Origin: Desulfatiglandales bacterium
GTDB taxonomy: Bacteria > Desulfobacterota > DSM-4660 > Desulfatiglandales > HGW-15
Reading direction: 5' to 3'
Length of the DNA stretch: 64,000 bases
NCBI GenBank assembly: GCA_963667015.2
Contig: CAXXJJ010000001.1
Coordinates: forward strand, 2,464,001 to 2,528,000
The notes beneath the pieces were generated by a model. It was not told where the DNA came from. It saw only the letters and a program-made list of their open reading frames with translations, and searched no databases. Each line of letters starts with the position of its first letter. The first letter of the stretch is position 1. Below are positions 10,521-19,750 of the stretch, in pieces. A program made the position numbers and the translations under genes.

Positions 10521-10524
10521 ACCT

Positions 10525-10566
10525 TTACCCTGTTAAATTCCGAGAGGTGAGATTTAACAGGGTGAA
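10525..10566. terminator. Hairpin (terminator or dispersed palindrome)
   Basis: ACCCTGTTAAAT ... ATTTAACAGGGT immediately after the stop codon, followed by a T run. Confidence 0.6.
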
Positions 10567-10615
10567 TTTTGATGTTCTTGTATAAAAAAATAAAAATTAT
10601 CTATTTCTATTATGC

Positions 10616-10957
10616 AAGCGCACAGGCAAACAATGGGTATATAACAAACCTCGGGCTCAAAAACGTTTCTCTCCTGCTTCTACCTTTAAAATCCCCCATG
10701 CCTTATTTGCTCTTGAAGCAGGCGTTGTTAAAGACGAATTCCAGGTTTTTAAATAGGATGGTAAAAAAAGATCTTATGATTCCTGGAACAGGGATCAGGA
10801 TCTTCGGTCATCAATGAGGGATTCTGTTGTACGGGTGGAACACCCGGATGGAGCAGTGTTTTTTGCCCTTAATATCGATACTGCTAAAGATGAGGACCTG
10901 CCTAAGCGGATAGAAATTTTAAAGGCTGTTCTTCGGTCTATAAAGGCCTTTAAATAA
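10616..10957 (+). pseudogene. Class D (OXA-type) beta-lactamase relic
   Basis: Manual translation: RFSPASTFKIPHALFALEAGVVKDEFQVFK*DGKKRSYDSWNRDQDLRSSMRDSVV-RVEHPDGAVFFALNID; STFK at 10679-10690, in-frame TAG at 10754, SVV fused to C-terminal strand, KTG region missing. Confidence 0.85.
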
Positions 10958-11148
10958 AGGGTTCAAGGAGTCAAGGTTTCCAGGGTTCGAGTGAAAAGCG
11001 TCTTTGAGCTTGTCATTTCGACCAGAGGGAGAAATCTTGTATTAAAAGAAAGTGAGTACAGTCAGATTTCTTCTTTCAGTCGAAATGACAAATAGGGATA
11101 ATTGAGTATTTAATATGCCCTTGAACCCCTGAAACCCTTGAACCTTTT
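10956..11148. repeat. Nested palindromic elements between convergent genes
   Basis: Outer GGTTCAAGG.../...CCTTGAACC short-period repeats; inner TTGTCATTTCGAC..GAAATCT (11010-11037) paired with AGATTTC..GTCGAAATGACAA (11064-11091). Confidence 0.7.
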
Positions 11149-11151
11149 TAT

Positions 11152-12918
11152 TTACCCCAAATACCTCTTTATATCATAATAACCCGCATGACGCGCCAAT
11201 GCTCCAAAACTCCCGAGTGTAAGGCCGCTGGGAGGTGCATGTCCAATCTCGCTGACTCCATAAAAGCACCCGCAGTCATGCATGGTATTTTTATTGAAAA
11301 CCATGGTTCCCTGGCTTCCGTTGCATGCCTCTTCAACCCAGGTAAAGAGATATACCTCGTCACGCAGTTTCACATATTTGCATGGTGAACTCCACATCAT
11401 ACCGGGTACGTTATTTTTGTAAAATATTGTCCATGTATATGAATAGGGTGTTGTATAAACGTGTATGGATGTCATGAAATCGCTGTATGCCCATGCAAAG
11501 GAACACCCTACCAGCTCATCCGTGAATTTGTGCCTGAGAATATCAGGAGCCTTGATTCCATCCATCTCAATAACTCCGAACAGCACCTCCTGTGATACCT
11601 CGTTTGCCATGTATTCGGAACCGAGTTTTGAATTAACACAGGTAGTGAGTCCTGTGGTAAAGTCCAGGACAATATAAACACTCTCATGAGTCCTTTTATC
11701 GCTTCTGGGGTTGCAGAAGGCTATCATATCCTCAGCCGGTTCAAAGGCTTCATACGGCTCTTCATGCCATATATCTTCACCTTCACAGCAGTATCTGAGT
11801 TTCCTGACCTCATCAAATTTATATTTCCACACGGGACCTCCGCTATCGTAGCGCACAGTTAGCTCTTTACCAACAAGGTAATCGGAAAGAGGCATTTTGT
11901 TGCGGCTCATGCCGGAATCCATGATACCTGCGTCAGCAAAGGGTGCCGGGCTCTGCCGGACAATTTCCTTAACCCTTTCTTCGGATAATGGCGGATGAGC
12001 CTTAAAGGGTCGGTATACCGGCCTGAATCCTTTTTGTGATCCAGGCGCGGGTGGAGAGGAAGGCGGTTCGGCGCCTTCCGATAAAGGCGGCATATTCATT
12101 TCATAAATAATTTTTTTACCATGATCATTAAAAAGCTGGTACTGGGCTATCTGGCCTGTTATCTCTCCTTTTCCCCTGAACATGTAATATTCAAGGTCAT
12201 CCTTTTCGTTAAACCCGAGCCTTACCCCAGCCTGTTTTAAGGTGAAGAGGTCAACAACATACATGGTCATAATGCCGGAGAATTCGCACTCAATCCTGTC
12301 ATATAAAAAGATGTTTTCATCCAGCTGGATAAAGTCAGAAGGTGCACAGAAGGTAAGTTCTCCATTGTGCCGGGTCAGTTCCACAAATGATGAGTATGTA
12401 ACTGAAGGGAAAAACTCAAGGGTTTCGGTCCCCCTGTCATCTGTCCAGTGAAAACCCTTGCCCGATATCCTGTTTGTAATGTGGTGCCGTTCAGCTGGAG
12501 CATCTGATCCATTATCGATATATCCATAGTATATCTCACGCTGGAGCTCTCTTTTGTCTTCAGATCCGCTGAACCATACCTCTATAACACTGGCCAGACA
12601 GGATTTCTGGTCAAGGGCTATGCAGTAACCCTTTTGAGTTCCGGGGATCATATGTGAAATGAAAACAACCTCTTTTAAAGTTAATGCACCATATCCGCAT
12701 TCAATACTGCTTTCACCATTTTCTGAAAGGGAAAGGGTATTTGTGTTCTTAAAGGAATATTCAAGAGACGGCCCTCTATCAGTTACAATCTTAATGGATT
12801 TGCCGGCAAGAGCATTCGAATACTCGGAAGCACAATCAGGGCCGGTCTTAACTGATGCAAGTTTTTCATCAATCTGTTCTGTGGTGAGTTTTGTAAACTG
12901 AAATCTGTGCATTAACAT
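11152..12918 (-). CDS. Tandem-duplicated MoaF-like protein
   Basis: Two similar halves (RHHITNRISGKGFHWT / RHKFTDELVGCSFAWAY; KLRDEVYLFTWVEE) joined by a Pro-rich linker; start moved to ATG 12918 behind GAGGAGG. Confidence 0.65.
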   Translation of the reverse strand: MLMHRFQFTKLTTEQIDEKLASVKTGPDCASEYSNALAGKSIKIVTDRGPSLEYSFKNTNTLSLSENGESSIECGYGALTLKEVVFISHMIPGTQKGYCIALDQKSCLASVIEVWFSGSEDKRELQREIYYGYIDNGSDAPAERHHITNRISGKGFHWTDDRGTETLEFFPSVTYSSFVELTRHNGELTFCAPSDFIQLDENIFLYDRIECEFSGIMTMYVVDLFTLKQAGVRLGFNEKDDLEYYMFRGKGEITGQIAQYQLFNDHGKKIIYEMNMPPLSEGAEPPSSPPAPGSQKGFRPVYRPFKAHPPLSEERVKEIVRQSPAPFADAGIMDSGMSRNKMPLSDYLVGKELTVRYDSGGPVWKYKFDEVRKLRYCCEGEDIWHEEPYEAFEPAEDMIAFCNPRSDKRTHESVYIVLDFTTGLTTCVNSKLGSEYMANEVSQEVLFGVIEMDGIKAPDILRHKFTDELVGCSFAWAYSDFMTSIHVYTTPYSYTWTIFYKNNVPGMMWSSPCKYVKLRDEVYLFTWVEEACNGSQGTMVFNKNTMHDCGCFYGVSEIGHAPPSGLTLGSFGALARHAGYYDIKRYLG

Positions 12919-13002
12919 GTTGAGTCCTCCTCTATGATAGGTGTAAGCGAGATGATATGGAATCAATATTTGAGTGTCAAGCAGAAGCATAATACTTTTT
13001 TC

Positions 13003-13119
13003 TCTGCCCGCTACGCTGGAGCCCGCATCCTCCGACGCTCAGCTTTGGCGAGACAGGGAGATTCCAGAGAGAAATGATTATCTCTATATATGTAGGGGCC
13101 GACCCCTGTGTCTGCCCGT
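13003..13119. repeat. Palindromic repeats including a GTAG-type REP (13091-13119)
   Basis: TGTAGGGGCCGACCCCTGTGTCTGCCC resembles the TGTAGGGGCA.. copies at 49937-50023. Confidence 0.5.
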
Positions 13120-13211
13120 GGTAAATCCATATATCTATATGTGATATTTTGATCTTGATTTCTCTATGGCACCGCATTCTTAAGACTATAAATCACCGCT
13201 TCTGAAAACTG

Positions 13212-13240
13212 TTGACATCATTTTCTTCATTTCTCATAAT
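13212..13240 (+). promoter_or_regulatory. Sigma70-like promoter
   Basis: TTGACA-17 nt-CATAAT. Confidence 0.55.
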
Positions 13241-13255
13241 GCCCTTGCCTCTGGC

Positions 13256-13540
13256 GTGTTATTCTTGCAACTAAATGGATTGTGGTTTGCCATTATGGAA
13301 GGAGAACCGCTTTCTGAAAAGACATATAACCATATTGCCTTAAAGATAGCTGAAACAGATCTTGGACAATATGTAGAACGCGTAAAATCCCTGGGGCTTG
13401 AGGTTTTGTATGACCGAAGCCGTATAAGCGGGGAAGGGAAATCATTTTATTTTTATGATTATGACAATCATCTTTTTGAACTGCATACGGGGACTTTAGA
13501 TAAGCGTCTTGAAACCTATAAAGGGAAGGACACAATTTAA
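13256..13540 (+). pseudogene. fosX: 5'-truncated FosX-like fosfomycin resistance (VOC) protein
   Basis: NGLWFAIMEGE, TYNHIA, EGKSFYFYDYDNHLFELHTGTL; the N-terminal metal-binding His segment is absent. Confidence 0.7.
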
Positions 13541-13596
13541 ACCGTAGACAGCCGTGTATAAGTTTATTTTTCAATTAAATGTCAGGCCTTCACAAA

Positions 13597-14214
13597 ATGA
13601 GAAAATATATATTGCTAATTATGTCACTGTTTATCTTCTTAATGCCGGCATTTATTTTTTGTGATGAGCCAATTGAAAATATCACAAATGGACACAGGTA
13701 TTTTGTGCCCCTCGGGAATGATAGAACAACTGATTACAATAAACTTAAAAAACGTATAACAGGGCGATATGGAGATTACAGAAAAAGTAATGTGCCGGGT
13801 CACAGACACTCGGGCATAGACCTAGAGGGGAAATTCAATGAGCCGGTATATTCGATAGGTGATGGGACTGTAACGCATATCTTCAGGAAATTTCCTCATA
13901 AAACAGTATATATCCTTCATGATAACAGCGGAGGCAAGCCATTTTATTCAGCCTATATTCATGTTGAGGATATAAAGGTCAGAATAGGGGACCGGGTCAC
14001 AAAAGATACTGTTATCGCCAGGATCTTTAATGAAGAAGAATTAAATGCCTCAAACTTCGGGACCCCGCCTCACCTGCATTTTGAAATAAGACTCAGCATT
14101 GATGATAATGGTGCTGCATCCTATAATAGTATGAATATCAGCGGTTTAAATAAGTATTGTATGGACCCGTCATTATTTTTTGAAAAAACATTAAAAGGAA
14201 GGAGAACACCATGA
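13597..14214 (+). CDS. Exported M23 family peptidase
   Basis: Signal peptide; HSGID and PHLHFEIR Zn motifs. Confidence 0.85.
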   Translation: MRKYILLIMSLFIFLMPAFIFCDEPIENITNGHRYFVPLGNDRTTDYNKLKKRITGRYGDYRKSNVPGHRHSGIDLEGKFNEPVYSIGDGTVTHIFRKFPHKTVYILHDNSGGKPFYSAYIHVEDIKVRIGDRVTKDTVIARIFNEEELNASNFGTPPHLHFEIRLSIDDNGAASYNSMNISGLNKYCMDPSLFFEKTLKGRRTP

Positions 14215-14936
14215 GTAATAATAATCAGGGAGGGTTTTTCTTTATGGGACTGTTTGTTGCCATAGGAATAGCTCTGGGTGGTTATTTTGTCGGACAGACC
14301 ATGTTTAATGCAAAGGTAGCTTTGAATACTGCAGAGGCTAAAGGACTGGCAGAGCGGCGGGTAAAGGCGGACCGTGCCAACTGGAATATTGGATATATTG
14401 TGAAAGGAAAAGATAAGGCGGAAATTCCGGAGATGTATGAACAGGCAGAGCAAAACCAGCAGACGATCGTTAAAATGCTAAAGGAAAACGGATTTGATGA
14501 CAATGAAATAGCGACAGGTGTGCTTGATTACAGATATCAGGAGTTTCGTGATGAGAATAATAAACTGGCTGATCAGGCTCACTCGCTGCACGGAAATATC
14601 ACTGTTGAGACGCAAAGGGTCGAGCAGGTAAGCAGGGCACGTTCAAACGTCAGTAAATTGATTGCCCAGGGAATAGATCTCGAAAACAGGGCTCCTGTAT
14701 ACAGCTTTACAAAACTCAATGAAATTAAACCTGATATGCTTCGTGAGGCGACTAAAAATGCGCGTATTGCAGCAAATGAATTTGCTGAAAATGCGGGTGT
14801 AAATGTTGGAGGTATTCGAAGTGCGTATCAGGGCAGTTTTTTCATCCGCGATGCAGGTGAAGAATATGGCGATACCAGGAAGATTGATAAAGATGTTCGG
14901 GTTGTAACTACTATTACTTTCTATTTGACGGAGTAG
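14211..14936 (+). CDS. SIMPL (DUF541) domain protein
   Basis: KGLAERRVKAD, FTKLNEIKPDML.EATKNAR, KDVRVVTTITF. Confidence 0.85.
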   Translation: MSNNNQGGFFFMGLFVAIGIALGGYFVGQTMFNAKVALNTAEAKGLAERRVKADRANWNIGYIVKGKDKAEIPEMYEQAEQNQQTIVKMLKENGFDDNEIATGVLDYRYQEFRDENNKLADQAHSLHGNITVETQRVEQVSRARSNVSKLIAQGIDLENRAPVYSFTKLNEIKPDMLREATKNARIAANEFAENAGVNVGGIRSAYQGSFFIRDAGEEYGDTRKIDKDVRVVTTITFYLTE

Positions 14937-14979
14937 ACAAAAGAAAAATCTATATATTCTATAAGAAATTGAAAATATA

Positions 14980-15037
14980 TAGAGACAGGTTTGATCCGTC
15001 TTCGCAAAAGCTTCGCCGCGACAAGGGCCTGTCTCTA
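14980..15037. repeat. Palindromic REP-like element
   Basis: TAGAGACAGG ... CCTGTCTCTA enclosing GTCTTCGCAAAAGCTTCGCCGCGAC. Confidence 0.5.
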
Positions 15038-15141
15038 AAGCCGTTATGTCCGTGCAGGGGGAAGGGAATTTGCTGAAATCCCACCCCAAAGAAAACAATA
15101 AATAAAGATGAAGATCGGAAAAGAGGGTTGTTTCCTGGTTT

Positions 15142-16596
15142 TTATGATTCAGGGTCCCAGCCTCCGCCAAGGGCCTTATAGAGCCGGATGAGATCCATTG
15201 TAATCTTTCCCTGGCTGCTTATCTGTGTTTCCTCAAATGACAGCAGTGCGCGCTGAGCATCCAGAACAACTAAAAAATCAACCAGCCCGGACCGAAAGCG
15301 TTCATCTGCAGTATCAAGTGCCGATCGGGCCTCAGCAGTTCCTTTCTTCAGTATCCTGTAACGTTTCTGCTCTTCGCCGTAGGCCGTAATAGCATCCCGG
15401 ACTTCTTTGATCGCATCAAGCACTGTGGTTTCATATTCAATAAGGGCACGTTCCTGAATAGCGTCCTGGATCTCGATCTGGTCCCGGATTTTTTTGCGGT
15501 TAAAGAGGGGTACGCTGATAAACGGTGAAATGCTGAGAGCCGCATTTTCATCCGAAAAAAAGTTGTCCATAGAATATGCGGTCAGTCCCAGAGATCCGCT
15601 CAGGTTTAAGGAAGGATAGAGATCGGCAGTGGCCGACCCAACCCGTGCGGTCTGAGCCGCCAGCGCCCTTTCTGCATGCCGTATGTCCGGTCTGCGGCGA
15701 AGGATGTCTGATGGAATACCTGCAATTATTTCAACCCCTGGGACAGGTATGGGAGCTGTTTCTGAAAGTTCTTCGTGAAGTTTTCCCGGCATTTCCCCGA
15801 TAAGGATAGCCAGCGTGTTAAGAGTTCCTTCTATGCTGGTCCTGTATCCAGGGATGCGCGACCGGGTATTTTCAACATTATATCTGGCCTGCTGAACCTG
15901 CAGCGAGCCGATCAGTCCTGCAGCTGCCTTGTCCTCCAGGACAGACAGGGCTTTTTCCTGCATCTCCAGGTTACGACTGACAATTTCCAGTTGCTTTTGC
16001 AGGGTCCGCAGATTCACGTAATTGCTGGCAATTTCCGAGACCATACTGATCAGAACGCTTCGGTATCCTTCCTCTGATGCATCGAGATCAGCTGCTGCAG
16101 CTTCTATACTGCGGTGTTTTTTCCCAAATAGATCAATCTCCCAGGATGCATCGAAACCGGCATCATAGTAATCGCTGCCCACAGAAAATGCTGAGGGCTC
16201 AGGGTCTTCGGCAGTAGGTGCTCCGGATTGGTTTCTTCTATACAGTGTCGATCCGGTGACAGAAGGGCGGAGTCCCTTATCTGCAGCACCCAGTATAGCC
16301 CTGGCCTGTCTGATCCGGGTAAGGGCAATTTTGAGATCTTTGTTGCTGGACAGCCCTCTTTTTATAAGATCGCTCAGCATAGGGTCTTCAAGCGTGGTCC
16401 ACCATTGCGCCAGGCTGTCAGTTTCTGCTGTCTGTACTATGGAGCCTTCCTGACTTTCAGCAGAAGGCCATTCCGCAGGCATGTCCACTCTGACAGGTTT
16501 ATAATCTGTGCCTACAGTGCATCCCGTGCAAACTGCAAAGAGGAGCAGGGCAACAAATAATTTGATTTTACTGTTTTCTTTTTTCCTATTCATCAT
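15142..16596 (-). CDS. RND efflux outer-membrane lipoprotein (OprM/NodT family)
   Basis: Lipobox CTGC, WWTTLEDP, ASWEIDLFG, RRRPDIRHAE, LYKALGGGW. Confidence 0.92.
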   Translation of the reverse strand: MMNRKKENSKIKLFVALLLFAVCTGCTVGTDYKPVRVDMPAEWPSAESQEGSIVQTAETDSLAQWWTTLEDPMLSDLIKRGLSSNKDLKIALTRIRQARAILGAADKGLRPSVTGSTLYRRNQSGAPTAEDPEPSAFSVGSDYYDAGFDASWEIDLFGKKHRSIEAAAADLDASEEGYRSVLISMVSEIASNYVNLRTLQKQLEIVSRNLEMQEKALSVLEDKAAAGLIGSLQVQQARYNVENTRSRIPGYRTSIEGTLNTLAILIGEMPGKLHEELSETAPIPVPGVEIIAGIPSDILRRRPDIRHAERALAAQTARVGSATADLYPSLNLSGSLGLTAYSMDNFFSDENAALSISPFISVPLFNRKKIRDQIEIQDAIQERALIEYETTVLDAIKEVRDAITAYGEEQKRYRILKKGTAEARSALDTADERFRSGLVDFLVVLDAQRALLSFEETQISSQGKITMDLIRLYKALGGGWDPES

Positions 16597-19500
16597 CTTC
16601 CGGTAATCCTGACCCTTCCTTAAGAATTCCAACGGTCGTTTTTAAATGCAAAAGAGTTTTCAATTTTTCCCTGGCGGTCTGAAATACGGCCCAGAGAGAA
16701 GGGGTCAGAACTACCCCGAAAATCACGGCAGCAACCATACCTCCGAATACTGTCGTCCCTATATGCCGTCTGCCCACAGCACCTGCACCTGTGGCCAGAA
16801 CCATTGGAAGGACGCCCAGGACAAAGGAGAATGCAGTCATCAGAACCGCTCTGTATCTTATCCTGGAAGCCACACCGGCGGACTCTTCAATTGAGTGTCC
16901 GTATTCTCTCTCGGTTTTGGCAAATTCTACTATAAGGATAGCATTCTTGCTGGCAAGCCCCACCAGAAGAATAAGTCCAAGTTGCGCATAAATACTCAAT
17001 GGTATGCCGGTGATAACGAGTGCAACCATTGCCCCAAGGGCTGCCACAGCAATGGACAGCATGACCGAAACAGGAATAGTCCAGCTTTCATACTGCCCTA
17101 CCAGAAACAGAAAACCGAAAATAAGGGCCATTATAACAAGGATTATCACCTGACCCTCATTTTGTCTTTCCTGGTAACTCATTCCCGACCATTCGTACTG
17201 AAAACCCTCAGGTAATGTTTTTTCCATGATATTGGCCAGCGCGTTCATGCCTTCGCTGGAGCTGAATCCCGTTGCGACATCAGCATTCAACTGGACAGAT
17301 GGATACATGTTATAGCGGGCAATGGACTGTGGCGCCAGGATAGTGGTGACCTCTACAAGTGTGGTTAAAGGGATCATATCCCCTTTATTATTTTTAACAT
17401 ATACATTCAGGATGTCTTCAAGCTTGCTCCGGTACGGGTAATCCGCCTGAACCTTTACCTGATAAATTTTACTGTACAGGTTAAAATCATTTATATAGCG
17501 GGAACCCATAATGGTCTGCAGCGTGGAAAAAATCACGCTGATCGGAACATCAAGCATTTCGGCTCTCTGGCGGTCCACATTGAGGTAGAGCTGAGGTGTA
17601 CTGGCGCGGTAAGTGCTGAAGGCCCGGGCTATGCGCGGGTCCTTATTAGCCGCCGCGGTCAGAAGATCCAGCCCTTCAGCAAGCTCTTCCGGAGACTGCC
17701 CCATTGCGGCCTGCAGCCGGAAATCCATCCCGCTTGTGGAACCCAGTCCGCGTATAGGAGGCGGATTGAATGCCCTGATCTGTGCGCCCGGTATTGTTGC
17801 CGCAACCCTGCCAATACTGGCAATAACCGCATCAATCTGCAGTTCATCGGTCTTCCGCTCATCCCATGGATCCAGCAGGAAAAAGGCCATACCGCTGTTT
17901 CCGCCGCCACCGCCCACCTGGCTGAAACCGACAATTGTCATCATCGTCTTGACACCTGGCAGGTCATGCGCTTTTTGGTAGAATTCCTGCATTACTTCCA
18001 CGGTACGGGGCTGGGTTGCATTCTCCGGGAGTTGAACGTCAACCATAAGCATGCCCTGATCTTCACTGGGAAGAAAACTTGCGGGATGTACTGAAAACAG
18101 ATACAAGGCGGTCGAAGCGACAATCAGCAGTATTCCGACTGCAATCGGTTTACGGCGAACCAGCCACATGGCGCAGAATACATAGATGTTTCGGATGCTA
18201 TCCAATCCCGAATTAAACCATTTGAAAAAAGGGAATTTTGTTTTCTTATGGGGCCGCAAAAGGATGGAACAGAGTGCCGGGCTTAAAGTCAGGGCATTAA
18301 GGGTGGATATGGCTACAGCGGTTGATATGGTTACGGCAAACTGCTGGTATATCCTGCCTATGATTCCAGTGATAAATCCTATGGGAATAAAGATCGCAAG
18401 CAGCACCAGGGTAGTGGCGATAACAGCGCTGGAAACCTGTTTCATCGCTTTCCAGGTTGCCTCTTTGGGCGGAAGATTCTCCGACTCCATGAGTCGCTGC
18501 ACATTTTCCACCACCACAATGGCGTCGTCGACCACAATTCCGATTGCCAGTACCAGGGCGAAGAGAGTCAGGGTATTGATACTGTATCCCAGTAAAAGGA
18601 GAACGGAAAAAGTTCCGATCAGCGATACAGGGATAGAGCAGGCCGGGATCAAGGTAGCCCTCCAGTCCTGAAGGAAGATAAAGACAACCAGTACGACCAG
18701 TACAAAGGTCAGCATCAGGGTTTGAACAATCTCCGAAAGAGCAGTTCGGATAAAAGTAGTCGGATCATAAACAATCGTATAATCCAGGTCTTCCGGGAAA
18801 TACTGAGAAAGCCTTTTAAGTTCGGCAGTCACATTTTTTATAGTTTCAAGGGCATTGGCACCTGGAAGCTGGCTCAATCGCATTGCTATAGCAGGCTGTC
18901 CCTTATAGGATGCACCTGCTGAATAGCTCTCTGCCCCCAGTTCGATCCTTGCAACGTCTTTGAGTTTAAGAATTCCGCCATCCTTATTGGTACGAAGGAT
19001 AATGTTTTCGAATTCTTCGACGCTTTCCATGCGACCTGTCGCCCGTATGCTGAATTGCAGCTGCTGAGAACTGTCCGAGGGCTCAGTTCCGATCGCGCCT
19101 GCGGCTGCCTGGATATTCTGCGTGGCTATTGCAGTGGAAACCCCATCTATACTGATTCCGTAGGCCGCCAGTCTGGCCGGATCTACCCATATCCTCATGC
19201 TGTACTTGCTCGGGCCCATTATACCTACATCGGCTATCCCATCGACCCTGGCAATAACATCCTTAACCTTGTCATCCAGATAGGTGCCGATGGAAAGCTG
19301 GTCATGCGTGCCATTGGGAGAATAAAAGGCGTAGAATCCAAGTATGTCTCCGGACCGTGATGAAACCCGGACCGACTGCTGCCTTACTTCTGCCGGCAGT
19401 TTGTTATAGGCCCGCTGCACACGGTTTTGCACCTTGACCATTGCCATATCAACATCTATCCCTACTTCAAAGGTGATTGACAGGCTGTAACTTCCGTCAC

Positions 19501-19750
19501 TGCAGGTAGAAGACATATAAATCATGCCTTCAACACCGTTGACCACCTCCTCGATAGGGGCGGCTACTGCATCCGATACAACCTGTGCGCTTGCCCCGGG
19601 ATAGGCTGCGCTTACACTTACAGACGGAGGGACCACATCCGGGTACTGAAGGATCGGAAGATTGGTTAAAGCGATAGTTCCTGCCATCAGAATGATAACA
19701 GAAACAACCATTGCCAGGCGCGGACGCTTGATAAAATGTGCGGAAAACAT
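16586..19750 (-). CDS. RND efflux permease (AcrB/MexB HAE1 family)
   Basis: 1054 aa; GIVVDDAIVVVENV, GLASKNAILIVEFA, RYRAVLMT. Confidence 0.95.
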   Translation of the reverse strand: MFSAHFIKRPRLAMVVSVIILMAGTIALTNLPILQYPDVVPPSVSVSAAYPGASAQVVSDAVAAPIEEVVNGVEGMIYMSSTCSDGSYSLSITFEVGIDVDMAMVKVQNRVQRAYNKLPAEVRQQSVRVSSRSGDILGFYAFYSPNGTHDQLSIGTYLDDKVKDVIARVDGIADVGIMGPSKYSMRIWVDPARLAAYGISIDGVSTAIATQNIQAAAGAIGTEPSDSSQQLQFSIRATGRMESVEEFENIILRTNKDGGILKLKDVARIELGAESYSAGASYKGQPAIAMRLSQLPGANALETIKNVTAELKRLSQYFPEDLDYTIVYDPTTFIRTALSEIVQTLMLTFVLVVLVVFIFLQDWRATLIPACSIPVSLIGTFSVLLLLGYSINTLTLFALVLAIGIVVDDAIVVVENVQRLMESENLPPKEATWKAMKQVSSAVIATTLVLLAIFIPIGFITGIIGRIYQQFAVTISTAVAISTLNALTLSPALCSILLRPHKKTKFPFFKWFNSGLDSIRNIYVFCAMWLVRRKPIAVGILLIVASTALYLFSVHPASFLPSEDQGMLMVDVQLPENATQPRTVEVMQEFYQKAHDLPGVKTMMTIVGFSQVGGGGGNSGMAFFLLDPWDERKTDELQIDAVIASIGRVAATIPGAQIRAFNPPPIRGLGSTSGMDFRLQAAMGQSPEELAEGLDLLTAAANKDPRIARAFSTYRASTPQLYLNVDRQRAEMLDVPISVIFSTLQTIMGSRYINDFNLYSKIYQVKVQADYPYRSKLEDILNVYVKNNKGDMIPLTTLVEVTTILAPQSIARYNMYPSVQLNADVATGFSSSEGMNALANIMEKTLPEGFQYEWSGMSYQERQNEGQVIILVIMALIFGFLFLVGQYESWTIPVSVMLSIAVAALGAMVALVITGIPLSIYAQLGLILLVGLASKNAILIVEFAKTEREYGHSIEESAGVASRIRYRAVLMTAFSFVLGVLPMVLATGAGAVGRRHIGTTVFGGMVAAVIFGVVLTPSLWAVFQTAREKLKTLLHLKTTVGILKEGSGLPEDDE

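Noticed and set aside
10754..10756. In-frame TAG as pyrrolysine or read-through
   Set aside because: Falls at an expected Trp (TGG>TAG) in a gene that is also truncated and internally deleted
10569..10817. 82-aa ORF from the track
   Set aside because: Wrong-frame overlay of the OXA relic
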